Assembly (NCBI GenBank): GCA_903821355.1
Contig: CAIJKW010000030.1
Location: 27,897 to 91,896 of the forward strand
DNA: 64,000 nucleotides
Source: an uncultured bacterium
GTDB lineage: Bacteria; Patescibacteriota; Minisyncoccia; Phycocordibacterales; CAIZLB01
Reading direction: 5' to 3'
Below, in pieces: positions 39,403 through 49,281 of the stretch. The notes below the pieces were generated by a model. That model made no database searches and had not been told where the DNA came from. It worked only from the letters and a program-made list of their open reading frames with translations. The number at the start of each line of letters is the position of its first letter. Within the stretch, counting starts at the first letter, position 1. A program made the translations under genes and the position numbers.

Positions 39403-40617
39403 ATGCAACCACAGTCACAATATTTCAATAACTCTATTTTCTGGATAGAAATAGAGAAAATCGTTCCAAACCCATATCAACCTCGTAGAGACTTTGACCC
39501 AGTTGCTCTAAAAGATTTGTCTGAATCAATTAGAATGTATGGCCTATTACAGCCAATCGTTGTTACTCGTAATGAAATAATTAAAGAGGATGGCGGGCTT
39601 GCAGTTCAATATGAGCTTATCTCAGGAGAGCGACGTCTTCGTGCATCAAAGCTCGCAGGCCTTACACAGCTTCCTGTAATTATTAGATCTGGCGATGATG
39701 ACAACAGGGTCAAGCTTGAACTGGCTATAATTGAGAACTTGCAAAGAGAGGACTTGAATGCGGTAGATAGGGCAAGAGCATTCCAACAGTTATCAGAAGA
39801 ATTTGGACTTAAGCATGTGCAAATTGCCATGAAGGTGGGGAAGAGTCGTGAATATGTTACAAACACAATTAGACTTTTGGCTTTACCTGAACACATGCTT
39901 CAAGCACTTTCAGAGAGAAAAATTAGCGAAGGGCATACTCGTCCACTTTTAATGTTGGCTGACAAACCTGAAGAGCAAGAGGTATTGTTTAAGGAGATTT
40001 TAATTAAAAAAATTACAGTTAGAGAGGCGGAGAGAATTGCAAGAAATGTTGCTGTTGATCGCGCAAGAAGAAAAGAAACATTGGAGAAAGATTCTGAGAT
40101 GACAGAAATTGAAGGAAAATTGAACGAAGCTCTTGGAACAAGAGTGATGATTGAAAGACGAGAGGTTGGTGGAAAGATTGTGATTGATTTCTTTAATAAC
40201 GAAGACTTGCATCACCTGCTTCAAATTTTGGAAGGACAAGAAAAAATGCAGGGATTTTCACAAAAGTTGAAGAGTGAATTGGCAAAAGCTGATAGCGATA
40301 AATTAACTTCAGTCTCCGAAGATTCTGCAAGCAAAAAGTGGACGGTTGAAAATTTGGTAAATGCTCCAAATTCTGAGTTTGTTCAAAATCAAAAAGCGCA
40401 AGAGGTGGAGGATGATCAAACCACACAGCTAGACCAGCTCGCTCGACCCACTCAAGCAAATTTAGATGAGCAAAACGAGAAAATGATTCAAGATCTAATT
40501 GAGAGCGATTCTGATGTTGGTTTAACTGAAAGTGGAGCACCCATCGATGATTCTAGTCCAGCGGACAGAAATGAAGACGATGAGGACTTGTATTCAATTA
40601 AGAATTTTTCACTTTAG
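39403..40617 (+). CDS. parB: ParB/Spo0J partition protein with acidic C-terminal tail
   Basis: PNPYQPR, GLLQPIVV, GERRLRA, ENLQREDL, HTH; ATG 39403 lies 8 nt after TGaTACAAT. Confidence 0.93.
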   Translation: MQPQSQYFNNSIFWIEIEKIVPNPYQPRRDFDPVALKDLSESIRMYGLLQPIVVTRNEIIKEDGGLAVQYELISGERRLRASKLAGLTQLPVIIRSGDDDNRVKLELAIIENLQREDLNAVDRARAFQQLSEEFGLKHVQIAMKVGKSREYVTNTIRLLALPEHMLQALSERKISEGHTRPLLMLADKPEEQEVLFKEILIKKITVREAERIARNVAVDRARRKETLEKDSEMTEIEGKLNEALGTRVMIERREVGGKIVIDFFNNEDLHHLLQILEGQEKMQGFSQKLKSELAKADSDKLTSVSEDSASKKWTVENLVNAPNSEFVQNQKAQEVEDDQTTQLDQLARPTQANLDEQNEKMIQDLIESDSDVGLTESGAPIDDSSPADRNEDDEDLYSIKNFSL

Positions 40618-40721
40618 TCTCATTTCCACCTTACACCTTTCTTTTCAACTTTAAGTAAAATTTGGGTTTTCTTTAGAATTTCTTTATATATTCTTAATGT
40701 CAATTTGCTAGGATTTTTCTC

Positions 40722-41348
40722 ATGAAAGAAAAAGAAACAAATGAAGTCTCATTAAGTATGGAGACTATAAGAGAAAATATTTATATTATAAGAGGACAGA
40801 AGGTAATGTTGGATAGGGATTTAGCCATGTTGTATGGTGTTACTACAAAAAGACTAAATGAAGCTGTAAAAAGAAATATCCGCAGATTTCCTGAGGATTT
40901 TATGTTCCAATTAACAAAGGAGGAGGTTGAAATATGTTCAAGGTCGCAATTTGCGAAATTGAATGATGAGGAAAACTATGAAAACTTGAAGTCGCAATTT
41001 GCGACTTCAAGTTTTAGCCCTACAAACAAAGATAACTTGAAGTCACAAATTGTGACTTCAAGTTGGGGAGGTAGTAGAAAGGGTTCTTTAGCTTTTACAG
41101 AACAAGGTATAGCCATGCTCTCAAGTGTTCTTAATAGCGACAGAGCAATACAAGTAAATATTCAAATCATAAGAGTTTTTACCAAACTTCGTGAAATGAT
41201 TGATGCTTATAAAGATTTAAGAGAGAAAATTGAAGAAATGGAGATAAATAATGAAGCAAACTTCACTGAAATATTCAGAATTATTAAGTTGTTAATCACT
41301 GAGAAAGAAAAACCAAAAGGCCAATTTGGCTTTATTGTTGATAAGTAA
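40722..41348 (+). CDS. ORF6N-domain DNA-binding protein with triplicated LxSQ(F/I)xT motif
   Basis: IRGQKVMLDRDLAMLYGV, AVKRNIRRFPEDFMFQLT, AFTEQGIAMLSSVLNSDRAIQVNIQIIRVF. Confidence 0.93.
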   Translation: MKEKETNEVSLSMETIRENIYIIRGQKVMLDRDLAMLYGVTTKRLNEAVKRNIRRFPEDFMFQLTKEEVEICSRSQFAKLNDEENYENLKSQFATSSFSPTNKDNLKSQIVTSSWGGSRKGSLAFTEQGIAMLSSVLNSDRAIQVNIQIIRVFTKLREMIDAYKDLREKIEEMEINNEANFTEIFRIIKLLITEKEKPKGQFGFIVDK

Positions 41349-41508
41349 AATTTTTTTAACGGCAAATAATAAAGCTCTCTCTAAGGTCACATATTGTGAC
41401 CTTAGAGAGACGGCTAACAATAATGATCTGTTTGATATCACAAATTGTGATATCAAGTTTGAGGCTAAAAATATACCTAAATTTTGAGGTCGCAAATTGC
41501 GACCTCAA
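40937..41508. repeat. Array of six related palindromes (three coding, three intergenic)
   Basis: Centres at 40950, 40998, 41049, 41393, 41444, 41496; core TCRCAW-N-TTGYGA with covarying arms. Confidence 0.92.
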
Positions 41509-41541
41509 GATTTCGAATATGTATAAGGTAATGAGCAGGAT

Positions 41542-43749
41542 CTATTTCACCACCGGAGCTTCCTTCTTCTTAAATCCACCACGCCTTCCAACTACTTTTG
41601 GCAACGCAAGAATTTCAAGCGCACGTTCTAGTGTGATTGTATAAACATCGTCAGTTTTTAGTGATCTAAAATCAGCATCATGAACAATATAAGGACCAAA
41701 TCTTCCGATGCTTGCAGTTATATTTTTGCCGCTCTCTGGGTGCTTTCCTAAAACTCTAGGAAGTGAAAGATAAACTAGGGCCTGCTCAACAGAAACGTTG
41801 CTTGGATCAACCTCTTTAGGAATTGATGCCATTCTTGGTTTTTTGTTTTCTGGGGTTTTTTCACCAAGCTGAACATAAGGACCAAATCTTCCAATTTTTG
41901 TAAAAATAGAAAGGCCTGTTGCTGGGTCAATGCCAATCGGCTCATCGGTCTTAATCAAAACTCCTTCCATTGTTAGCGCCCCATCACATTCTGGATATTT
42001 TGAACAACTCAAAAACTTTCCAGTTCTTGCGAGTTTGATAATCATGCTTGCTCCACATTTTGGACATTTGAGCGATGGGTCAGCGTCGCCAAGATTTGTA
42101 ACTTTTTCAATATCAATTTTTTCTCCAATAATTTTTGTTAGAGGATCATAAAACTTTTTAATTGTAGGAATATATTTTGCGGTACCGGCTGCAATATCGT
42201 CCAATTCATTTTCCATTTCAGCTGTGAAATCGTAATCAACATATTTACCAAAATGCTCTTCCAAAAAAGAAATCACAACTTCTCCTGTGTCAGTTGGCTT
42301 AAGTGATTTATTTATTTTCTCAATATACTGTCTTGTCTCAAGTGTTTTTATAATACTTGCATAAGTTGAAGGACGGCCAATACCTTTTTTGTCCAACTCT
42401 TTAACAAGACCCGCTTCAGAATATCTACTTGGTGGTTCTGTGAACTTTTCAATCCAGACCATTTTTTCAAGTTTCAATTTTTCATCTTTTTCTGTTTTTG
42501 GCAAAATGACATCTTCTCCAACTGCATCAGGATCTGCCCTTAGCCATCCATCGAAAATTACACGTGATCCTGTGACAGCAAAATTTGGAAGCTTGTTGTT
42601 TGTATTTGTGTCGCCATCCGCGCATGCAATTATTTTTGTTCTAGCAATTCTTGCGTCCGCCATCTGAGACGCTAGGGTTCTTGCTCGAATAAGTGCATAT
42701 AATTTCTTTTCGTCCTCATTTACACCTGCTTTTGCAATACTTAGATGAGTTGGTCTAATGGCTTCATGGGCTTCTTGTGCATTTTTGCTTGTTGATTTGA
42801 AAGCTTTTTTCTCGGCGTATTTATCGCCAAATTCTTTTTTGATAACCTCCTCAGCTTCTTTAATTGCGAGTGAGCTTAGGTTTGTACTGTCTGTACGCAT
42901 ATAAGAAATATGTCCGCTTTCATATAGCTTTTGTGCAATACCCATTGTTCTTGAAGGAGTAAATCCAAGTCTTGACGATGCAGCTTGTTGCAAAGTTGAA
43001 GTCGTGAATGGTGGGCGAGAGGTCCTTTTCATTTCAGTTTCTTCTATATCTTTCACTTTCCAGTTAGTTTTTTCACCAAGTGCGGTAATTTCTTCCGCTC
43101 TAACTTTATCTTTTATTTCCTCCGTGCAGTTCATCTGCAACAGTGCGCCGTCTTTGTTTTTAAAATCAGCCGAGATTGGATAATAGGCCTCAGGAATAAA
43201 AGCTCTGATTTCTCTTTCGCGTTCAACAAGAATACGGAGGGCGGGGGACTGAACTCTACCAGCTGAAAGACCATATCTAACCTTTTTCCAAATGACGCCA
43301 GAAAGATCGTATCCAACAAGTCTATCAAGTACACGTCTAGCTTCCTGAGCTGTTCTCAAGTTATCATCAATTTCTCTTGGATGAGCGATAGCTTCTCTGA
43401 TAGCTTCTTTTGTAATTTCATAATAGACAACACGCTTTGGATTTTTAAGACCAAGCGCTTCTTTTAGGTGCCATGCAATGGCTTCACCTTCACGGTCGGG
43501 GTCAGTTGCTAGAAGTATTGCCGATGCTTTTTTTGCGCGAGCTCTTATATCGGCAATAACTTTTTCTTTTCCAGGAGAAACTTCATAGTGAGGGACGAAG
43601 CCTGCAGGTATATCAATTGCGATTCTGTTACTCTTTGGCAAGTCTCTAATATGGCCAACTGATGCGACAACATCAAATTCACCTTCCAAATATTTGGAAA
43701 TGATTTTTGCTTTTGAAGGAGACTCAACGATCAGAAGTGTTTTGGACAT
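41542..43749 (-). CDS. topA: DNA topoisomerase I
   Basis: LIVESPSKAK, GHIRDL, ATDPDREGE, SAGRVQS, catalytic ISYMRTD, one Zn ribbon plus GRFGPY repeats. Confidence 0.97.
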   Translation of the reverse strand: MSKTLLIVESPSKAKIISKYLEGEFDVVASVGHIRDLPKSNRIAIDIPAGFVPHYEVSPGKEKVIADIRARAKKASAILLATDPDREGEAIAWHLKEALGLKNPKRVVYYEITKEAIREAIAHPREIDDNLRTAQEARRVLDRLVGYDLSGVIWKKVRYGLSAGRVQSPALRILVEREREIRAFIPEAYYPISADFKNKDGALLQMNCTEEIKDKVRAEEITALGEKTNWKVKDIEETEMKRTSRPPFTTSTLQQAASSRLGFTPSRTMGIAQKLYESGHISYMRTDSTNLSSLAIKEAEEVIKKEFGDKYAEKKAFKSTSKNAQEAHEAIRPTHLSIAKAGVNEDEKKLYALIRARTLASQMADARIARTKIIACADGDTNTNNKLPNFAVTGSRVIFDGWLRADPDAVGEDVILPKTEKDEKLKLEKMVWIEKFTEPPSRYSEAGLVKELDKKGIGRPSTYASIIKTLETRQYIEKINKSLKPTDTGEVVISFLEEHFGKYVDYDFTAEMENELDDIAAGTAKYIPTIKKFYDPLTKIIGEKIDIEKVTNLGDADPSLKCPKCGASMIIKLARTGKFLSCSKYPECDGALTMEGVLIKTDEPIGIDPATGLSIFTKIGRFGPYVQLGEKTPENKKPRMASIPKEVDPSNVSVEQALVYLSLPRVLGKHPESGKNITASIGRFGPYIVHDADFRSLKTDDVYTITLERALEILALPKVVGRRGGFKKKEAPVVK

Positions 43750-44020
43750 GTCTATAATTAATACTACATATATTGCGATTGTGCAAATTTTGACAAAAAA
43801 AATGGTTGAGCGCAGCACCTTGCGCCCAACCATTCTGTGTTCGGAGTGCGGACACGAAGTCCGCCATCTTATTGAGCACGCACGCCTCCACCTGGTGGAA
43901 CGTACACCCTTCGAAGATTTTTTCTCCTCTCTGATATTTATTGCCTAAACGGCCTGTGGCATCAGATTGACCACGTAGTTCAGCCAAGATAACGAGGCTA
44001 GCTTTTACATAAGGTGCTAA

Positions 44021-44098
44021 GTCAAAAAGTAAGCTTACAAGGAGGCCGAGGACTGAGACAGTCCGAAGACCGGCCGGGTTTGTTTTAAACTTTTTGAC
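44021..44098. repeat. Small palindromic MITE/REP-like element
   Basis: Terminal IR gtcaaaaagt / actttttgac enclosing ggccg..ggactg-aga-cagtcc..cggcc. Confidence 0.65.
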
Positions 44099-44200
44099 AC
44101 CAATTGGGGGATACGACCGCCGCTGAACTCATTGCCATGATTTCATTGGTTTCTATATAGTATATTTTTTTACGATTTTATTCAACTCTAACTCTTTACC

Positions 44201-45217
44201 TCAGGAATTATCTTTGAAATTAACATTAGAACTACTGGTTGGTCTAGATTGAAATTCTACACTCAGCTTTGAATAAACTTTTCCATATCTCTCTTCCACC
44301 AGTCCTCGCATTTGAAGCATTGAGACAGTAACGAGGACTTTTGAAATATTGAATCCCGTTTTGTGACAAATTTCATCAGGGGTGATGGGGGATTCTAATA
44401 AATCTAAGATCTCCTTTTCTTCGCTAGAGCATGAGTCAAAAAGCGACTTAGAAACTTCTTTGATTGAGTATTCTGTAATACCAAGAGCGTCCGTTATGTC
44501 TACAGCTGAAGAAATCGGAACAGCACCTTGTTTAATTAATTCCCTTGGTCCTTCTGAATGAACACTAAAGATAGAACCGGGGACGGCTAAGACGTCTCTA
44601 TTGTATTCTGCCGCAAGCCTTGCAGTAATCATTGTTCCAGAATCTCTCTTTCCTTCTATCACAACAGTAAGATCTGAAATTCCCGCCATGATTCTATTGC
44701 GTAACGGAAAAGTCCAAACATTGGCACGAGCTTCGGGTTCAAATTCTGAAAGTAAGACGCCGCCACTTTCATAAATTTGTTCAGCAAGCCTTAGATTGGT
44801 TCTGGGATACAGAACATCCACATGCAGACCTGACCCTGGAATTGCAATACACGGAATGCCGTGCCTTAGACATAATCTATGTACAATACTATCTATGCCA
44901 ATTGCTAAGCCTGAAACTACCGCAATCTTCTCCTTATATAGTGCAAGTCCCTCGATTAACTTTTCACATGCCAATTGTCCATACTCTGTATAAGAACGTG
45001 AACCTACAATACATATGATTTTTAGGTTTTCATCATGGGAAATACGCCAGAGCAAGTTTTTATCACTTGACCTTGTGGGTTGAGTAATGTCAGCCTGCTT
45101 CTGATAATCTAGCTCTGTAGAGGGATCAGACCCTATATAATAAAGCGTCCTTGGCGGGTCACTAATTTGTCTTAATAATCTTGGATAATCCGTTGCTTTT
45201 AATTGTTTTGTTTGCAT
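44201..45217 (-). CDS. dprA: DNA-processing protein DprA
   Basis: YPRLLRQISDPP, IVGSR, VVSGLAIGID, FPLRNRIMAG, AVPGSI, C-terminal wHTH; upstream of topA. Confidence 0.95.
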   Translation of the reverse strand: MQTKQLKATDYPRLLRQISDPPRTLYYIGSDPSTELDYQKQADITQPTRSSDKNLLWRISHDENLKIICIVGSRSYTEYGQLACEKLIEGLALYKEKIAVVSGLAIGIDSIVHRLCLRHGIPCIAIPGSGLHVDVLYPRTNLRLAEQIYESGGVLLSEFEPEARANVWTFPLRNRIMAGISDLTVVIEGKRDSGTMITARLAAEYNRDVLAVPGSIFSVHSEGPRELIKQGAVPISSAVDITDALGITEYSIKEVSKSLFDSCSSEEKEILDLLESPITPDEICHKTGFNISKVLVTVSMLQMRGLVEERYGKVYSKLSVEFQSRPTSSSNVNFKDNS

Positions 45218-45293
45218 GGTCAAATTGTACTTATGTGATATGATATTTCTATAAATTATTTATAAAGAAAAACCAAAGAAAAACCACAAAATC

Positions 45294-46583
45294 ATGTTAG
45301 ATATTAAATTTATACGGGAAAACAAAGATCTTATCGATGCTGGTGCCAAAAAAAAGCATATAAACTTTGATGTAAATAAATTACTAGAGGTAGATGACGC
45401 AAGAAGATCCTTATTAACATCCATTGAAAACAAAAAAGCAGAGCAAAATAAGGTGGGGGAAAGCATAACTCGTCCAACAGCAGATCAAGCTGAAAAAGAT
45501 CGTCTAATAGGGGAAATGCGTGATCTTAAGGAGTTGATAAAAATAGAAGAAGATAGATTTGGAGAAATTATGAAAGAGTGGCAACAATTAATGGTTGCTG
45601 TTCCTAATATTCCGGACATGTCTGTTCCCGAAGGTGTTGACGATAATGATAATGTAGAAATTAGAACTTGGGGAGAAATTCCTAAATTTGATTTTACACC
45701 CAAAGGTCACATAGATTTAATGCTTGAAAATGACATGGCTGACTTTGAACGAGGAACAAAGGTTGCTGGTTTTCGTGGGTATTTTCTAAAAAACGCAGGA
45801 GCAAGACTTGAGTTTGCAGTTTGGCAAGCAGCAATGGATTTTTTCACAAAGCGTGGTTTTGATCCAATGATTGTGCCTTCACTCGTTAGAAGAGAGACCT
45901 TGCTTGGTACAGGGTACATTCCTCAGGGAGAAGATGATCTATATAAGACACAAGACACAGATTATCTAGCTGGAACAGGTGAGGTTGCAACAATGTCATA
46001 TTATTCCGATGAAGTGATTGATCTAAAAGAGCTACCAAAAAGAATGTTGGCTTTTTCTCCATGTTTTAGAAGAGAGGCTGGAAGTCACGGTAAGCAAACT
46101 AAAGGAGTATACAGAGTCCATGAGTTTTTCAAGCTAGAACAAGTCATCTTATGTGAAGCCTCACATGAAATGTCTGTAACTTTCCACGAGGAGCTTACAA
46201 AAAATGCTGAAGAATTTCTGCAAGCTTTAGGTATTCCACACCATGTTGTAATTAACTGTGGAGGAGATATTGGTCTTGGACAAGTAAAAAAGTATGATAT
46301 TGAGGCTTGGATGCCATCGGAAAATAAATATGGAGAGACACATTCATCGTCATATTTCCACGATTTTCAAACAAGAAGATTAAATATCAGATATAGAGAT
46401 GCGGAAGGAAAATTGCGATTTGCCCATTCGTTAAACAACACCGCAATTGCAACTCCTCGCGTTCTTATTTCAATCATAGAAAACAACCAACAGGCCGATG
46501 GTTCAATTGTCGTACCAGAAATCCTTAGACCATACATGAGTGGAGTCTCTGTCATTGAAAAAGGAGATGCAAAGAAACTTTAG
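45294..46583 (+). CDS. serS: Serine--tRNA ligase
   Basis: MLDIKFIREN, coiled-coil arm, FRREAGSHG..GVYRVHEF, HSLNNTAIATPR. Confidence 0.97.
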   Translation: MLDIKFIRENKDLIDAGAKKKHINFDVNKLLEVDDARRSLLTSIENKKAEQNKVGESITRPTADQAEKDRLIGEMRDLKELIKIEEDRFGEIMKEWQQLMVAVPNIPDMSVPEGVDDNDNVEIRTWGEIPKFDFTPKGHIDLMLENDMADFERGTKVAGFRGYFLKNAGARLEFAVWQAAMDFFTKRGFDPMIVPSLVRRETLLGTGYIPQGEDDLYKTQDTDYLAGTGEVATMSYYSDEVIDLKELPKRMLAFSPCFRREAGSHGKQTKGVYRVHEFFKLEQVILCEASHEMSVTFHEELTKNAEEFLQALGIPHHVVINCGGDIGLGQVKKYDIEAWMPSENKYGETHSSSYFHDFQTRRLNIRYRDAEGKLRFAHSLNNTAIATPRVLISIIENNQQADGSIVVPEILRPYMSGVSVIEKGDAKKL

Positions 46584-47619
46584 ACATACAAAAGATGTTC
46601 TTAAATATTCTGCTGTTTACAAAAAACGCAGGAAGGTAAAAATCGTGAAGATGGTCTTTTTTGGTGTTTTGTTCTTGTTTATTTTGATTGGTTTGATTTT
46701 CATTGTTAGACTTTCCACTTTTACCATATCTGATATTCAGGTAAAGGGTTTGCAGTCTGCAGACACACAGGATGTTATGAATGAAATAAATTCAAACATA
46801 AATGGAAGTTATGCCCTCGTCTTGCCAAAGAAAAATATTTTCTTTTATCCAAAAGATAAAATAAAGAATGATTTGCTGAAGAAGTTTAGTACTTTTGCTG
46901 ATGTCCAAATCAAGACCATCGATACAAATAAGCTTGAAGTAACAGTAGTTGAAAAAAACGCCATGGCTGTTAATTGCAAAACAGAGCAAACAATCATTGA
47001 TAAGACTTTTTCAGATTGTTTTTTTATCGATTCTAACGCCCGCGCCTTTCAAGCCGTTACTGGGGAGCCAGATCAGAGTCTGGACAAATACGTCGACTTT
47101 AATGTAAACACAGCATCATCAACTCTATCGGCGACTACAATGGAACAATTGCAAAAGGTTAAAATAAATTTGACTAGTAAAAATTTAATTACCCAGTTTA
47201 TTAAGATTGTCGATCTTAAGAGCGCAGAATTTCAAATAGTTGATAATGGAAAAATTAAGATTTCCATACCTGTTTCTGATGATTTTACAAGTATTCTCGA
47301 TACAGCTTTAGGTACAGATCTTCTGTTGAATTCAGTTAAATTTGAATATATTGATGCAAGATTTGGTAATAAGGTATTTTTTAAAGCAAAGGGTGCGAAT
47401 GACGAGAAGGGAATTACAAAGAATTCAACAAGCACAAGCTCATCTACATCAGCATCTCTTGTGGTTAAAAGTCTCACTACAAAGGGTGCAACCACAACAA
47501 TGAGCATTAAAAATCATGCTTCCACTTCAGCCTCCACTTCTGTACCCACAACAGTCAGAGCTGCGACCAAAAACACCAAGTCAACCACAACCAGTAAGAC
47601 TAGGGTTAAAAAAATATAA
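46567..47619 (+). CDS. FtsQ/DivIB-like POTRA-domain protein with Ser/Thr-rich tail
   Basis: Basic N-terminus, one TM, FTISDIQVKG POTRA start, EYIDARFGNKVF motif. Confidence 0.7.
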   Translation: MQRNFRHTKDVLKYSAVYKKRRKVKIVKMVFFGVLFLFILIGLIFIVRLSTFTISDIQVKGLQSADTQDVMNEINSNINGSYALVLPKKNIFFYPKDKIKNDLLKKFSTFADVQIKTIDTNKLEVTVVEKNAMAVNCKTEQTIIDKTFSDCFFIDSNARAFQAVTGEPDQSLDKYVDFNVNTASSTLSATTMEQLQKVKINLTSKNLITQFIKIVDLKSAEFQIVDNGKIKISIPVSDDFTSILDTALGTDLLLNSVKFEYIDARFGNKVFFKAKGANDEKGITKNSTSTSSSTSASLVVKSLTTKGATTTMSIKNHASTSASTSVPTTVRAATKNTKSTTTSKTRVKKI

Positions 47620-47682
47620 ACAACTATAAATATCCTTTCCCTAATTTAACTATATCTGTTATAATTCAAGTAAGTTATTTTT

Positions 47683-49116
47683 ATGAACGATGAATTAGAC
47701 CAGCAAAATTCGCAAAAAAATATTTATCAAGGTAATTATGAAAATGATTACAAAGATAGTTTAAAAACCAGCACTGATTTTTCTGTTGGTAGTTTACCAA
47801 GCTCTGATCCTGTTGAGGCTCCAAATGAAGCTCCAAAATACATGAATCTCGGCGCGCCAAGAGAGAGAAACGAGGAAGATTTTGCTCATCATGAAAACAA
47901 CATGAGGTCTCTTTTTGGAGAAGATTTTAAAAAAGATTTTTCATCCCTGGGTTTTAGCTCAAAGAAAAAAATGGGCATTGTTGTGGCGCCAAGTGAGAAC
48001 GGCTCAATCTCAAGATTTTTTGCTAGATATTTTAACCTATATTTGCACGGCCCTCATTTCAAGTTAACAAAAACAAGTTCTTCAGCTACCCACACCATTT
48101 CATCAAAAATAAAATGGGGAGTTATAATGCTATTTTTGGCTGTGTCTGTCTCTTCGTTTACAATTCAATCCACTTTATTTTTGAAAGATTATTTTTTTGG
48201 TAATAAGAGTGTTGCGGTGGCTGATATAAATAATCCTCTGCAAGGTAAGGGTGCGATACAAACTGGCTCGATCAATGAATTCAAAGGATCTGACGATGGC
48301 ACAAATGCAAACGGTAGTTCTACAGGACAAAAAATTAATAGAGCTCCACAATATAGATTAAATGATATCTCACATTTTCCTACACTTTCGGCCAAATCTT
48401 TTTTGGTGGCAGATTTAAAGACTGGAGAAATTATCAAAGAAAGCCAGGATGTTGGCGTCTATCCTTTAGCCTCTGTTTCAAAATTGATGACAGGCGTGAT
48501 TGCGTACGAGCAAATGGATCCAAAACAAATGGCAACAGTATCAAGAAGTTCATATAATACATTTGGTACTGAAGGTGAACTTTTACTTGGAGAAACTATT
48601 AGAGTAAGTGATTTAATGTACCCACTACTTATGGAATCAAGCAATGATGGTGCAGAAGTTTTGGCTGATTCATATGGTCACGATAAGTTCATGTCGGAGA
48701 TGAACAAGAAGGCCCATGCGCTAGGGATGAATGACACTTACTACAATGATCCAAGCGGACTTGATCCAAAAAACGTTTCAAATGTTGAGGATCAATTTAA
48801 GCTAGCAAGATATATTTACGAAAAGGACCCCGTGATTTTTGATCTCACAAGAGTTAGACAATTTGAAATTCTAAACCACAGATGGTATAGCAAAAATGCC
48901 ATGCTCAATATAGATTCTTTTATAGGTGGAAAAAATGGTTTTATCGATGAATCAAAGCAAACCACAACTTGTTTGTTTGATATTCAGATGGCAAAAGGTG
49001 GTAAAAGAAAGATTGCAATCATGTTGCTTCGTACAAGTGACAGGGAGGGGGATGTGGTTAAGATACTCAATTTCTTAAAGAAGAACGGGTACTATGACGA
49101 GAGTTTGAATCAATAA
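47683..49116 (+). CDS. D-alanyl-D-alanine carboxypeptidase (peptidase S11)
   Basis: SxxK (ASVSKLMT), SxN (ESSNDGA), DPSGL, GGKNGF in place of KTG. Confidence 0.88.
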   Translation: MNDELDQQNSQKNIYQGNYENDYKDSLKTSTDFSVGSLPSSDPVEAPNEAPKYMNLGAPRERNEEDFAHHENNMRSLFGEDFKKDFSSLGFSSKKKMGIVVAPSENGSISRFFARYFNLYLHGPHFKLTKTSSSATHTISSKIKWGVIMLFLAVSVSSFTIQSTLFLKDYFFGNKSVAVADINNPLQGKGAIQTGSINEFKGSDDGTNANGSSTGQKINRAPQYRLNDISHFPTLSAKSFLVADLKTGEIIKESQDVGVYPLASVSKLMTGVIAYEQMDPKQMATVSRSSYNTFGTEGELLLGETIRVSDLMYPLLMESSNDGAEVLADSYGHDKFMSEMNKKAHALGMNDTYYNDPSGLDPKNVSNVEDQFKLARYIYEKDPVIFDLTRVRQFEILNHRWYSKNAMLNIDSFIGGKNGFIDESKQTTTCLFDIQMAKGGKRKIAIMLLRTSDREGDVVKILNFLKKNGYYDESLNQ

Positions 49117-49128
49117 TTGCAACGCTTT

Positions 49129-49209
49129 CAGCCAGCTAGTCTATGTGGGTCAGATCATCTGGTTAACCTGTGCGGGCCAAATCAGCTAGCTAACCTATGC
49201 GGGTCAGAT
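49129..49209 (+). repeat. Three degenerate 27-bp tandem repeats
   Basis: cagccagctagtctatgtgggtcagat / catctggttaacctgtgcgggccaaat / cagctagctaacctatgcgggtcagat. Confidence 0.8.
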
Positions 49210-49225
49210 AACCATCGCTATCGTG

Positions 49226-49281
49226 CAATATATCACATGTGATATATTGTATTTGACATAAAAATGCGTATAGTTTAAAAT
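49226..49281 (+). promoter_or_regulatory. Perfect 24-bp palindrome (candidate operator) next to a sigma70 promoter
   Basis: caatatatcacatgtgatatattg (49226-49249), then TTGACA (49253)-17 nt-TAAAAT (49276). Confidence 0.7.

Noticed and set aside
40937-41508. CRISPR array interpretation of the periodic palindromes
   Set aside because: Repeats vary, spacers are about 20 nt and related to each other, half the units are protein-coding, and no cas genes are in the window
44040-44075. Hammerhead ribozyme (GA-GGAC..GTCC-GAA resembles stem II)
   Set aside because: The CTGANGA core is absent (aggccga instead)
49129-49209. CRISPR interpretation of the 27-bp repeats
   Set aside because: Units are directly adjacent with no spacers
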